From sequence record PP601403.1: a stretch of 64,000 nucleotides of DNA, one strand, 5' to 3'. Positions 9,245-18,719 of the stretch are shown here, piece after piece; within the stretch, counting starts at the first letter, position 1; each line of letters begins with the position of its first letter. A program made the position numbers and the translations under genes. The notes beneath the pieces are model-generated. The model saw nothing but the letters and a program-made list of their open reading frames with translations. It made no database searches and was not told the origin of the DNA.

Positions 9245-9622
9245 ATGATCAAAGGTATCAAACAAGGTCAAGTTGTAGTCGGTAAAGTTAAGCATCCTAA
9301 AGTAGGTATGCTCCCTACCAATCTCATTCTGTTTGCAGTAGAGGGTGAAGTAGAAGACCTTGGTCTGGAAGTTGAGTGGGTTCAAGAACCTGTAGTGTTT
9401 GAAACCACTGTTGATCTCGGTAATAAAGAAGGTTACGTGAAAGCTATTAAAGGCTTCGCTCGCACTCTAGATAAAGAGATCGGTCGTAAACTGGAATGTT
9501 TGGCTGATTCTATTCATGGATCTTCTTCCAGCTATTATCTTGACGTGTTGGATCCTAACCACTGCATTACACTGTTGCTCTCTAAGAACCACGGTGTACA
9601 ACTGGGTGATCGCTGGAAATAA
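9245..9622 (+). CDS. Hypothetical protein
   Basis: 125-aa ORF, AAGGA RBS. Confidence 0.7.
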   Translation: MIKGIKQGQVVVGKVKHPKVGMLPTNLILFAVEGEVEDLGLEVEWVQEPVVFETTVDLGNKEGYVKAIKGFARTLDKEIGRKLECLADSIHGSSSSYYLDVLDPNHCITLLLSKNHGVQLGDRWK

Positions 9623-9637
9623 GTATAGGAGAAAGGA

Positions 9638-10087
9638 ATGCTGAAATATCTTTATGGGAAACTTCCAGTAGCAAGTAAGTTGAATGGTGGTCGGGAAGAA
9701 CAAGCAGGGCGCGTTAATGCCCTGCTTTTCTCTGTCCGTCGTGACGCATACCAACATAAAGAAATGGCGTTTGATGCTTGTTTCATTGCTTTCAATGGAG
9801 GGTTTGCTAATTTCACTCCTAATTTGAAAGAACGTCATTTCTACGGGGAAAGTATTTCCTGTCGTGTTGAAACAGACAAGTCAATCATTGATAAGTTGAT
9901 TGAGCTGAAACACACTGGTCGAGTATTCTACACCAATGCAGTAGATAACAAACAAAAACTGTTTGCTATTATCGAAGGTGAAAATATTTATCCTCGTAAA
10001 ACTGAACGTACTGGTAACTGGATTCAATGTTCTTTGCAAGAGATGGAAAAACTCTGCAACGAAGAACGTTCCGCATTACCCTATTGA
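9638..10087 (+). CDS. Hypothetical protein
   Basis: 149-aa ORF, AGGAG/AAGGA RBS. Confidence 0.7.
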   Translation: MLKYLYGKLPVASKLNGGREEQAGRVNALLFSVRRDAYQHKEMAFDACFIAFNGGFANFTPNLKERHFYGESISCRVETDKSIIDKLIELKHTGRVFYTNAVDNKQKLFAIIEGENIYPRKTERTGNWIQCSLQEMEKLCNEERSALPY

Positions 10088-10103
10088 GTATAGGAAAGAA
10101 AAT

Positions 10104-10466
10104 ATGGCTGAGCCAGTAGCAAGATTTAACATCTATACTGTAAATGATCTGATCACTTATCTGTCAGCTTGTATAAATCCCGATCAGCCTATCTCTGGGA
10201 TGTATATAGTCAATACAGATCCTGTTGTGCAGGAAGAGTACTCAACGGAGTTTGGACTGGTGTTATCACAAGTTCCGGTTAAGTATCAGCCTTACGAACT
10301 CGATATTGATCTTATCATTTCTGAGAACGTCACCATTGAACAAGTTATTGGTATCTTGAAGAATGTCAAAGATCCGTTTACATTAATCAAGAACATCAGA
10401 CTCAAAGGTGCAGGTAATATGATCTATGCTTGTGTTGATGAGAACGGGTTTGTAATGCACGATTAA
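10104..10466 (+). CDS. Hypothetical protein
   Basis: ORF track 9963-10466; ATG at 10104 after AGGA. Confidence 0.65.
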   Translation: MAEPVARFNIYTVNDLITYLSACINPDQPISGMYIVNTDPVVQEEYSTEFGLVLSQVPVKYQPYELDIDLIISENVTIEQVIGILKNVKDPFTLIKNIRLKGAGNMIYACVDENGFVMHD

Positions 10467-10475
10467 TAAAGTATT

Positions 10476-10505
10476 CCCAACCTAACCCAATTGGGTTAGG
10501 TTGGG
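10476..10505. terminator. Perfect 30-bp palindrome between convergent genes
   Basis: cccaacctaacccaattgggttaggttggg. Confidence 0.75.
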
Positions 10506-10525
10506 TTATTTTACATATTTATTTT

Positions 10526-11125
10526 TTATTCTTGTAGGTGAGGTTTGTAATAAATAGGAACTACTTTATCATCCATATTTAATGACTTAATTAAAACACT
10601 CCCAGAACGCTCTGTAACAGGATCTTTAGTATCAGGTATAGTAAGTGTCATCTCGTACCAATGGATCTTCCCAAGAAGCTGGTAAACCGCATCTATGGTT
10701 TTATTACCTGGATCTAGAACAAGCACCTGTTCTACCGTGTCAGTTAGCTGGTATAGTCCAACGGAAACATCTTGGGTTTTGATCGCGTCTCTTAATTCGC
10801 TCTCTGTGTATTCCGCTAATGGCTTAACATTAAAATCAGTTAAGATATCATTGAACGTTACTTTCCCAATAATTGCATCAGCGTGAAAGAACCCTCTAGT
10901 TCTTGATACAAAACAAGCTCTAATCTTACCATTATCAAACTTAACACCAGGTTCTATTTGTACGTCAGTATGACGAAGATCTTCATATCTCTGTTTAGCA
11001 ACTTTGATCTTTTCTTCATTACCTTCCGCGATAATGAGTGTTAATTGATTTTCTAGATATTTCTTTATTGAACTAAATAATGGATCATAAATCTTCTTAC
11101 GTTTAATAGATTCTTCATAAATCAT
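10526..11125 (-). CDS. Hypothetical protein, paralog of the N-terminal domain of 496-3678
   Basis: KKIYDPLFSSIK...RYEDL...CFVSRTRGF...DFN aligns with KKINDPLFSIVK...RYSDL...CLVKRDKSF...DFN. Confidence 0.7.
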   Translation of the reverse strand: MIYEESIKRKKIYDPLFSSIKKYLENQLTLIIAEGNEEKIKVAKQRYEDLRHTDVQIEPGVKFDNGKIRACFVSRTRGFFHADAIIGKVTFNDILTDFNVKPLAEYTESELRDAIKTQDVSVGLYQLTDTVEQVLVLDPGNKTIDAVYQLLGKIHWYEMTLTIPDTKDPVTERSGSVLIKSLNMDDKVVPIYYKPHLQE

Positions 11126-11197
11126 GTTAATTCCTTACTTAGTGTACTATTCTAAGAAGAATGTTAAAAGTCATTCAAACGATCTTAAATTGATAAC

Positions 11198-11224
11198 TCT
11201 ATATTTTTTCAAGTAGATATTATT
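11198..11224 (+). promoter_or_regulatory. Putative early promoter
   Basis: tctatattttttcaagtagatattatt. Confidence 0.7.
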
Positions 11225-11258
11225 AAAATGAGTAAGTATAGAGTATTAAGGAATATAC

Positions 11259-11762
11259 ATGTCGAACACCGCGTTCATAAGCGATTTACATTTAGATCAC
11301 CTAAAGGCTTTACAAGTAAGAGGGTGGTTTCCTACCCTAAAGGAATACCAAGAATATGTTTGCGATATTTGGATTGATAAAGTCACTCCAAGAACTACTA
11401 TATATCTTTTAGGCGATATTGCATTCACTTGGGAAGGTTTAAGTATTCTAAAGAAGCTCCCAGGTAAAAAGTTACTTGTTGGTGGAAATCATGACCACAC
11501 ACGTAATTCAACTAGAGATCTATTAGAAGTCTACGATGAAATTTACGGACTTCATAGACATCGTTCTGGTCTGTGGTTAAGCCACGCCCCAATTCATCAT
11601 TCTGAACTACGTGGTAAATTGAATGTCCATGGACATACACATGAAAAGGTTATACAAGACCCAAGGTACATCAACGTTGCCATAGATCATTTAAGAAATG
11701 GTCCAGTTGATTTGGAATTGATTAGATCTGGTGAATATAGAACATGGAGAGATAACAAATGA
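11259..11762 (+). CDS. Calcineurin-like metallophosphoesterase
   Basis: SDLHLDH, LGDI, GNHD, SHAP, HGHTH motifs. Confidence 0.9.
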   Translation: MSNTAFISDLHLDHLKALQVRGWFPTLKEYQEYVCDIWIDKVTPRTTIYLLGDIAFTWEGLSILKKLPGKKLLVGGNHDHTRNSTRDLLEVYDEIYGLHRHRSGLWLSHAPIHHSELRGKLNVHGHTHEKVIQDPRYINVAIDHLRNGPVDLELIRSGEYRTWRDNK

Positions 11763-12232
11763 GCGAAGAGTCTACAAAGAGAATAGAACTTGAGTTCAGA
11801 ACAAGAGTTAGATATCTTAAGTTCCAATTGGAAGAAGATTACAATACCTTCTATCAGAAAACTCCTGATTCAGATAGAATTGATCTTTGTGTAAAGATGC
11901 TAGGAATTGTCCCTACACATAAAGAAGCTGGAAGGTATATTGTTCCTAAACTACTCAAAGTGCTCGACTCTATTAATAATGGTAAACTCAGTACTCTTCT
12001 TTCTAATGAGAGGGATTACCGTGAAACCAACATGTTGTTACAGACGGAATTTTGTAGGTCTGTTTTAACAACATTTAATAAGAGAAGGTTAGTTTTCTCG
12101 GTTAGAGGGGATATAGAAATTCCCGAAACCAGAACAGTAATAAAAGACACGTTTGATTTGATGGTCTTTGTAGAAGCAGTTAACCAATTTGTTAAAATCG
12201 AATCTGTTAAACCAATCTTTGCTGGTGAATAA
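11759..12232 (+). CDS. Hypothetical protein
   Basis: 157-aa ORF, ATGA overlap. Confidence 0.65.
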   Translation: MSEESTKRIELEFRTRVRYLKFQLEEDYNTFYQKTPDSDRIDLCVKMLGIVPTHKEAGRYIVPKLLKVLDSINNGKLSTLLSNERDYRETNMLLQTEFCRSVLTTFNKRRLVFSVRGDIEIPETRTVIKDTFDLMVFVEAVNQFVKIESVKPIFAGE

Positions 12233-12234
12233 TA

Positions 12235-13479
12235 ATGTCTGAAGCTTCTGTAATGAAAATGAATATAGATCCCTCTAAATGTCCATTTTGTAATTCACCT
12301 GAAGTGGAGTACCCCAGTCCTCGCACTGTTTATTCTTGCGGAACTAGTGATTATGATGGTCGACCTGAATCGGCAATGCAATCTGAAACGTGTAAAGAAC
12401 GTGTGTTAGTTAAACCTGTTTACGCTACCCAGTTTGAAAAGAAGTTTGGTATTAAAGAAGAAGATTGCAAAAACCAGTATGAACTGTGGTATTTCAAAAC
12501 ACTTCTTTCTCTACTGGAAGATGGTACAGTTAAAGACGATCGCACTAATACAGGAACACGTTCTATTCCGTTCCATACTTATCAACACGATCTTCGTGAA
12601 TCTTACCCATTGATGAAGTCCCGTTATTTGAATCCATTTAACCCGATTAAAGAAATGATCTGGATGTTGAGTGGTTCTTCTAATGTTAAGCCTCTTCAGG
12701 AAATGGGAGTTCCTTTCTGGAATTGTTTTGCTGATGAAGATGGAGAGTTGGGTCCTGTATATGGTGTTCAGTGGCGACACTGGAAAACCCCTGATGGTGA
12801 AGAAGTAGACCAAATCCAATATGTTCTTGATCTACTGGAGAATGAACCTACTTCACGTCGCATGGTGGTTAGTTGCTGGAATCCATCGTTTATCCCAGTG
12901 GCTAAAACAGCACCTAAAGATAACCCTAAACTTGGTAAGATGTCCCTCACAGCTTGCCATTTTTCGTTCGTTCTCACAGCAACACCAATGAACTTTGGTG
13001 ATCGACTGAACTCTTTCAAACACTCTCACACAGCTATCCATGCTAATCTTTATCCAATTTCTGGTAAAGGCTGGGCTGAACATGCTGAAGAAGTAATGGA
13101 TCGTCATAATGTTCCTAAGTTCTATCTGGATCTTAGCTTCATCATGCGTTCTAATGACTTCGTTCTAGGCAACCCAGCTAACTTGAACGAATATGCTGCT
13201 CTGTGTATGATGTTTGCCGAGCAACGTAATATGGTTGCTCGTTACGTCAACTATACCGGTATCGACGTTCACGTTTACTCTGATCACATCACTGGTGCTA
13301 GAGATCAGATCGATTATGCTAAGAAGCATCCAGAGATCTTTACTGATAAACCAGCACAAGTGTATTTGACTGGTGATAAACCAGAAACCATCTTTGACTA
13401 CACAGCTGATCATTTCTCGGTACAAGGTTATAGCAAAGAAAATACTGGTCCGGTAATTCGTTTCCCAATTGCTGTATAA
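12235..13479 (+). CDS. thyA: Thymidylate synthase with N-terminal Cys-rich extension
   Basis: DDRTNTGT, ELGPVYGVQWR, SRRMVVSCWNP, LTACH, RSND..LGNPAN, DVHVYSDH. Confidence 0.95.
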   Translation: MSEASVMKMNIDPSKCPFCNSPEVEYPSPRTVYSCGTSDYDGRPESAMQSETCKERVLVKPVYATQFEKKFGIKEEDCKNQYELWYFKTLLSLLEDGTVKDDRTNTGTRSIPFHTYQHDLRESYPLMKSRYLNPFNPIKEMIWMLSGSSNVKPLQEMGVPFWNCFADEDGELGPVYGVQWRHWKTPDGEEVDQIQYVLDLLENEPTSRRMVVSCWNPSFIPVAKTAPKDNPKLGKMSLTACHFSFVLTATPMNFGDRLNSFKHSHTAIHANLYPISGKGWAEHAEEVMDRHNVPKFYLDLSFIMRSNDFVLGNPANLNEYAALCMMFAEQRNMVARYVNYTGIDVHVYSDHITGARDQIDYAKKHPEIFTDKPAQVYLTGDKPETIFDYTADHFSVQGYSKENTGPVIRFPIAV

Positions 13480-13501
13480 CTAAATAAAGAGGTCGATTAA
13501 A

Positions 13502-13612
13502 ATGCTGTTTGGTGCTTTGTTGTTAATTGGTGTATTGTATCTTATTGGTGTTTTGATCGATCTAATCATTAATAAGAAAGATAAACGTCCTAAGGGATTC
13601 AGGGAGGGATAA
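13502..13612 (+). CDS. Small membrane protein (36 aa, not in ORF track)
   Basis: MLFGALLLIGVLYLIGVLIDLIINKKDKRPKGFREG; GAGG RBS. Confidence 0.55.
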   Translation: MLFGALLLIGVLYLIGVLIDLIINKKDKRPKGFREG

Positions 13613-13693
13613 ATGATAAAGGGAATTTCTATACTAATAATCTTTGGGATGATAGTATTACCATTTGTAATTTTCATGGAGAAATTGTATTGA
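13613..13693 (+). CDS. Small membrane peptide (26 aa, not in ORF track)
   Basis: MIKGISILIIFGMIVLPFVIFMEKLY; GGAGG RBS; abuts both neighbours. Confidence 0.5.
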   Translation: MIKGISILIIFGMIVLPFVIFMEKLY

Positions 13694-13938
13694 CATTTAT
13701 TCTAGAGTTTAGCTTAGGGTTTCTTCAGTTCATCAAAGAGTACTGGGTAACTGTTTTATTGGTATCTTGTATTTTCATTATCTTCGATATTATCGATCTA
13801 AAGAAACGCGAACATAAATCTGTTAGACAGCATCGTGTAATGTTATTTTGGTTATTTATTCAATATAACGTTATTACGGTAGTCTTTGGATACATTCTAT
13901 TACTTGTCGGTAAGACATTTCACTTCATAGTAAGTTAG
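13690..13938 (+). CDS. Membrane protein (2 TM)
   Basis: 82-aa hydrophobic ORF, TTG start after GGAG. Confidence 0.55.
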   Translation: MTFILEFSLGFLQFIKEYWVTVLLVSCIFIIFDIIDLKKREHKSVRQHRVMLFWLFIQYNVITVVFGYILLLVGKTFHFIVS

Positions 13939-13947
13939 GAGAGTTAA

Positions 13948-14220
13948 ATGGATTTTCTCACTTTTATTACCAGTCAAGACATTTTGTTCTGGGTGTTTAT
14001 GTTCCTAGCTATTGTAGTGGCGTACTTATTGTCACTACTACGAGTTATTCTAGTAGATGTAAAAGACACTAAGCTTGCTTATGGTCAACATTGTAGTAAT
14101 TTGAATCTACTTTACAAACCTTATAAACAGTGTTTGAAAGAAGCTTTCACCCAAGAGTGGAAGACTATGGTTTTGTTTGTAGTGCTTTATATTAGCTACT
14201 TCTATTACCAATTCGGTTAA
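13948..14220 (+). CDS. Membrane protein (2 TM)
   Basis: 90-aa hydrophobic ORF, AGGAG RBS. Confidence 0.6.
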   Translation: MDFLTFITSQDILFWVFMFLAIVVAYLLSLLRVILVDVKDTKLAYGQHCSNLNLLYKPYKQCLKEAFTQEWKTMVLFVVLYISYFYYQFG

Positions 14221-14283
14221 TTTCATTTGGAGGTGGGAAACTACCTCCAATCTTTTTTATGTTTCAATGTAGGATTTTTAATA

Positions 14284-14934
14284 ATGAGTAAATTGGTTCT
14301 CGCATTCGACCTAGATGACACAATCACCCAAACTGGGATCTTTATTAACGAAAAGATCAAAGAGTTCTTCCAGCTTAATGACATGAAAGAAGAACTGGAA
14401 TATGTTCTTGCCAATGAAGCAAACGTTTCTACTATGTTGTATCCAGATTGGATTAAGAAACACGTAGATAAAGAAATAATTGGACCTGGATTGTACATGC
14501 TGGAAGCTGGTAAAACTGCTTTGTGTTCAGCTTTCTCCATTGGTACTTTAGAAGCCCTGCTGGAACATCACGGCGATGACATCATTGTAACTGTGTGTTC
14601 ACATCGTGGGTTCCATCCGTATGGTGAAGTGTACTCACGTCAGTGGCTGGAAGAAAATGATCTTCTTCATCTGTTCGATGAAATTCACATGTTGGATTCT
14701 TCAGTACAACCGGATAAGGTTGCTTTCCTGAAGGAAACTTATCCTGATCACGAGATTCTGCTGGTTGATGATAATCCGATGTCTAAGCACTTGGGTGAAG
14801 TTATTCCTCATCACGAAGAAATCCTTATCTATGATGAAGAACACAAACTACCAGCTTATGTTAACCAAACCCGTTATCAATCTCCTAAGCAATTTAGTCG
14901 TTTGATTATGGATCGACTGGAACGTCTTCTATAA
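14284..14934 (+). CDS. HAD-superfamily hydrolase (nucleotidase-like)
   Basis: LAFDLDDTI motif I, LLVDDNP motif IV; ATG at 14284 after AGGA. Confidence 0.75.
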   Translation: MSKLVLAFDLDDTITQTGIFINEKIKEFFQLNDMKEELEYVLANEANVSTMLYPDWIKKHVDKEIIGPGLYMLEAGKTALCSAFSIGTLEALLEHHGDDIIVTVCSHRGFHPYGEVYSRQWLEENDLLHLFDEIHMLDSSVQPDKVAFLKETYPDHEILLVDDNPMSKHLGEVIPHHEEILIYDEEHKLPAYVNQTRYQSPKQFSRLIMDRLERLL

Positions 14935-14946
14935 GGATTAAACTAA

Positions 14947-15432
14947 ATGGAACTTAAATTCCTTTCCGTTAATCTTAATACTGTTAATCAAGTATTGAGT
15001 GAAAAACAGATTGACAAAGTAATCGAATTGCAAAACAATCTGATTAAGTGGGAAATTGAAAATAAGAAGTTTCTATGTGATCAAGAAACCTTATCTCCTT
15101 TATCAACTGATATTGGTGGATTGCTCAGACACGAGTCTCAAGTACTGTATGTCGCAATGAACCCAATTAATAATCTACCTGTAGCAATTACTGTAGCTGA
15201 ACCACATCCTGAGAATCCACTTATCTGTGGACTGATGTCTGTTTGTGTTGAACCTATGTACAAACGGGAAGGGATTGGTTCTCAGCTGATGAGTAAAATT
15301 AAAGAAGATCTTTCTAATAATGGATTTAAGGAAATTGTTTTGTTTCTAGATTTCAGAAGTCCAGAAGCGTTAGGTTTCTATACTAGTTTAGGGTTTCAAC
15401 TTACTTTTGCAAATGCTTCTTTAGGGATTTAA
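14947..15432 (+). CDS. GNAT family acetyltransferase
   Basis: VCVEPMYKREGIGSQLM acetyl-CoA motif; ALGFYTSLGF. Confidence 0.85.
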   Translation: MELKFLSVNLNTVNQVLSEKQIDKVIELQNNLIKWEIENKKFLCDQETLSPLSTDIGGLLRHESQVLYVAMNPINNLPVAITVAEPHPENPLICGLMSVCVEPMYKREGIGSQLMSKIKEDLSNNGFKEIVLFLDFRSPEALGFYTSLGFQLTFANASLGI

Positions 15433-15433
15433 G

Positions 15434-15958
15434 ATGACTTGTCAGGTATCAATGATTTTTGCTAGTGATGAGCAATATGCGATTGGTTATCAGAATGGAC
15501 TACCATGGAAAGGTTATCCTGAGGACATGGAGTGGTTTAAGCAGAACACTATGGGTAAAGTCGTAGTTATGGGTAGACGAACTTACGAGTCTCTACCAGC
15601 GCGATTTAGACCGCTTCCTGGTCGCACCAATGTGGTTCTCACTTCTAACACTGAAACCTTTATTGATGCAATTGTTTCACCATCCGTAGAAGCTGTGTTG
15701 GAACGATTTAAAGATGAGAAAGAAATTGTAGTTATTGGTGGGGGTGAAGTCTACAAGTCTTTTGCTCCTTATATTACAAAGGTATATCAAACTCATATTC
15801 CTCACAGTCACGATAATGATATTAGAATGGAAGTTGAGTGTCATGACTGGGATTTAGTTTATCACGATTCTCGTTTAGGTGAAAACAGACCAACATTCCA
15901 AATCTTTGAAAAGATGGATAGTAATGACGAACTAGAAATCAATATTAGAAAATATTGA
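15434..15958 (+). CDS. folA: Dihydrofolate reductase
   Basis: AIGYQNGLPW, DMEWFK, VVMGRRTYESLP, PLPGRTNVVLT, VIGGGEVY. Confidence 0.95.
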   Translation: MTCQVSMIFASDEQYAIGYQNGLPWKGYPEDMEWFKQNTMGKVVVMGRRTYESLPARFRPLPGRTNVVLTSNTETFIDAIVSPSVEAVLERFKDEKEIVVIGGGEVYKSFAPYITKVYQTHIPHSHDNDIRMEVECHDWDLVYHDSRLGENRPTFQIFEKMDSNDELEINIRKY

Positions 15959-15959
15959 G

Positions 15960-15986
15960 TCTATAATTTTTCAAACCTATATTATT
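15960..15986 (+). promoter_or_regulatory. Putative early promoter
   Basis: tctataatttttcaaacctatattatt. Confidence 0.75.
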
Positions 15987-16024
15987 AATACGTATAAGTA
16001 CAAAAGGTATTTAGGAGAACCCCG

Positions 16025-16771
16025 ATGAGTGAAGAACAAAAAGTTGTAGAAACAGAACAGTCACAAGTACCAGAAAGACCTGTATGGGACACATATTCAT
16101 TATACGGTGAAATAGAATACAGTGTAGCCGATAAATTTAGTAATTTAATGCGAACTAAAGCCCCTAGTACACCAATGACATTGTTAGTTAGATCTGGCGG
16201 TGGTTCCGGTAACCCATCAAACACTATTGCAGATGTAATTAACGCCCAACATTGCAAAAAGGTGATTATTGGGTTGTCTATGGTTTGTTCCAGCGCTTGG
16301 GTTCTGTTTACGCCCATACAGGCACTTAGACTTTGTTACCGCACGTCATTATTTATGCAACACCAAGCAGGGTACAACATTGAAGGTTGTTCCAGAGACG
16401 AAGCTAATATGACGTTAGGTGTTCAGAATCATATCACAACCACCATGGATGAGATGTTCAAGGAAGGATTTGGGATAGACGATAAAACTCTACAAAAACT
16501 TATTGCCAAGGAAAGTTGGATTTCTTCCTCTGAAGCTTTGTTCTTTGGTGAGCGAGGTGTGGTGGATGGTATTATTGCTAAAGAACTAAGAACTGAGGAT
16601 TACATCGTTCTTACTCGTGAAGGTTATAAGCGCATTGATGTTAATGAAGTTTATAACTCAGGACTTCTTAAACAACAACCACTACTCACTGAAGAAGAGT
16701 GTAAAGAGTTTGGACTCAAACAACACGTTCCAGTTCCCGTTGGATTGAAGTTCCCTAAAGCTTTTGCTTAA
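16025..16771 (+). CDS. clpP: ClpP-like serine protease
   Basis: LYGEI, LLVRSGGGS, VCSSAWVLF (catalytic Ser position), FMQHQ (His), WISSSEAL..GVVDGII. Confidence 0.75.
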   Translation: MSEEQKVVETEQSQVPERPVWDTYSLYGEIEYSVADKFSNLMRTKAPSTPMTLLVRSGGGSGNPSNTIADVINAQHCKKVIIGLSMVCSSAWVLFTPIQALRLCYRTSLFMQHQAGYNIEGCSRDEANMTLGVQNHITTTMDEMFKEGFGIDDKTLQKLIAKESWISSSEALFFGERGVVDGIIAKELRTEDYIVLTREGYKRIDVNEVYNSGLLKQQPLLTEEECKEFGLKQHVPVPVGLKFPKAFA

Positions 16772-16823
16772 TGCTTAACCTAAGTCTAGTAATGTAAACC
16801 TATAATTAAATAAGGATCCGATC

Positions 16824-18377
16824 ATGTCTATTTTGACCGAACAAACTTTTACCAATAAAGAAGAAACTCGTGCCATTATCGATGAAGTAATTCAAATGGC
16901 GTATGAAAGTGTGACCGCGACCATGGGTCCAAACGGAAGCTATGTCGTTATTAATCAGCTCAATAAACCGAAGCTCACCAAAGATGGTGTATCGGTCGCT
17001 AAAGCGTTGGATTTTAACGAAGCTCGTCGTAATCTCATCGCTGATGTGATCAAAGAACCTTCTATCAAAACTGATCTGGAAGTCGGTGACGGTACCACCA
17101 CTACTGTATTCCTGACTTACAATCTTTACAAAATGTTTAAAAATAAAATGGGTTTCACTCAAACTCGTTTTGTGGACAAACTGGTTAAAGAAGCGATAGA
17201 AGAGATCAATAAGCTTATCATCCCAGGTGATATTCATTCTGATACATTCCGCAAGATGTTGATGACAACTTCTAACTACGAATCAGAAATCGTAGATAAG
17301 GTATTGGAAATTTATCAAACTCACGATAATCCCAATATCCGTTTGGAAAACTGCCCAACTCTTCCGGCAGATCAGATTGTGGAAACCAAGGAGATTCTGT
17401 TCCCTGGTAATTATGGTAAAGATATCTTTACTCCTCCGCATCCTGGTATTTTGAATGTTCCTCTGGAAGCCACATGTCCGGTAGTGATCATTGATGGTGT
17501 TGTTAATATGATTGCTGTTAACAAACTCGTTGCTGCTTTTACCGGTTATAAGAACGTGGTAATGTTTGCACGTAGTTTTGAACCTATTGCATTGAGTACT
17601 CTGCAATCTATTAATGGTCAAGGTACTACTAAGTTCATTCCGTTCAAAGTAGAAGCAGCTGGTTCGCTTGGTAGCAACATTCTATCTGAACTGGGTAAAC
17701 TAATTGGTGTTACTCCTGTTGTAGGTGTAGAAGAGATCTATGAACGTGAAACAGTAGAATTGGCTACAAGTTCATTTATCCTCACTACACAAGGTGTTAT
17801 GTTCACTAAAGAAGATCCAGCTATTAGTAAAGTAGCTGAAGAGATTCTTTCTGAACTTGTACCTCGTTATGAGAAGATGAATGCCATTGACAAACAAACT
17901 CCAATTGGGTTGTCTCTGTTCACTCGTATCTCTCGTTTGCGTGCTAACAATGTAACAATCAAAGTAACTGGTACTGTTCCATCAGAAGCTACTGAACGTT
18001 ACTACCGTTATGAAGATGCAATGAAGGCAGCTAAGACTGGTTCTATTTATGGTATCCTTCCTGGTATCGGTTGGGCTTATTTGACTGTAGCTCAAACACT
18101 GCTCGAGAAGTATAACCAGATGGAACTGACCACAGAGCAAGAAGAGTTAGTACTTGATTTTACCTCAGTACTTACTCAACCTTATCTGCACCTCACTGGT
18201 AACACACTGGAGAATATCAAATTCCTTGATCTGGTAACAGGTGAGGAAGAAGACATTCCTACTAGTGTGTTTGATAATGCAGCTGCGACTATGACAGCGT
18301 TGACTGGCGGTTGGGCTTGTTGTAAGACTCTTGCTAAGATCAACAACATTATGGGTCGTTCTAGTAAATCGTATTAA
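16824..18377 (+). CDS. groEL: GroEL-like chaperonin
   Basis: TMGPNG, TKDGVSVA, GDGTTT, GILPGIG motifs; 517 aa. Confidence 0.9.
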   Translation: MSILTEQTFTNKEETRAIIDEVIQMAYESVTATMGPNGSYVVINQLNKPKLTKDGVSVAKALDFNEARRNLIADVIKEPSIKTDLEVGDGTTTTVFLTYNLYKMFKNKMGFTQTRFVDKLVKEAIEEINKLIIPGDIHSDTFRKMLMTTSNYESEIVDKVLEIYQTHDNPNIRLENCPTLPADQIVETKEILFPGNYGKDIFTPPHPGILNVPLEATCPVVIIDGVVNMIAVNKLVAAFTGYKNVVMFARSFEPIALSTLQSINGQGTTKFIPFKVEAAGSLGSNILSELGKLIGVTPVVGVEEIYERETVELATSSFILTTQGVMFTKEDPAISKVAEEILSELVPRYEKMNAIDKQTPIGLSLFTRISRLRANNVTIKVTGTVPSEATERYYRYEDAMKAAKTGSIYGILPGIGWAYLTVAQTLLEKYNQMELTTEQEELVLDFTSVLTQPYLHLTGNTLENIKFLDLVTGEEEDIPTSVFDNAAATMTALTGGWACCKTLAKINNIMGRSSKSY

Positions 18378-18387
18378 TGCGGGGTTT

Positions 18388-18413
18388 GATGGGGGAGTTG
18401 AATCTCCCCCATC
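18388..18413 (+). terminator. Intrinsic terminator
   Basis: gatgggggag-ttgaat-ctcccccatc followed by cttttt. Confidence 0.75.
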
Positions 18414-18437
18414 CTTTTTATAAACTGTTATTTATTT

Positions 18438-18707
18438 TTGTGTGAGGAAATGAAAATGAATATAGCGGCAAGGCGTAGAGCTAACTTATTGAGCAATACT
18501 AATCTGATACTAATGATTAGTTTAGTATTTATAGCTGGTGTGATGACATTAGTTAAGAGTGATCACTTTGGTTTATTTTTATTTGTTTTCACTTTAATCA
18601 GAGTTGGTCAAATGCTCTTTACTGATATCCGTTGGGTAATAAGTCCTATGACAATGTTGATCATTGTCTGCGCAGCAATAGGGAATGTTATCGGTTATCT
18701 TCTTTAA
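18438..18707 (+). CDS. Small membrane protein
   Basis: Three hydrophobic segments. Confidence 0.6.
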   Translation: MCEEMKMNIAARRRANLLSNTNLILMISLVFIAGVMTLVKSDHFGLFLFVFTLIRVGQMLFTDIRWVISPMTMLIIVCAAIGNVIGYLL

Positions 18708-18719
18708 AGGAATAAAGAG

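Noticed and set aside
12235-13479. ThyA as a dCMP hydroxymethylase or base-modification enzyme
   Set aside because: The specificity residue is Asn (LGNPAN) as in dUMP-specific ThyA, and no glycosyltransferase or similar genes are adjacent
13480-13677. 65-aa minus-strand ORF in the track
   Set aside because: Two coupled plus-strand membrane ORFs with RBSs explain the region better
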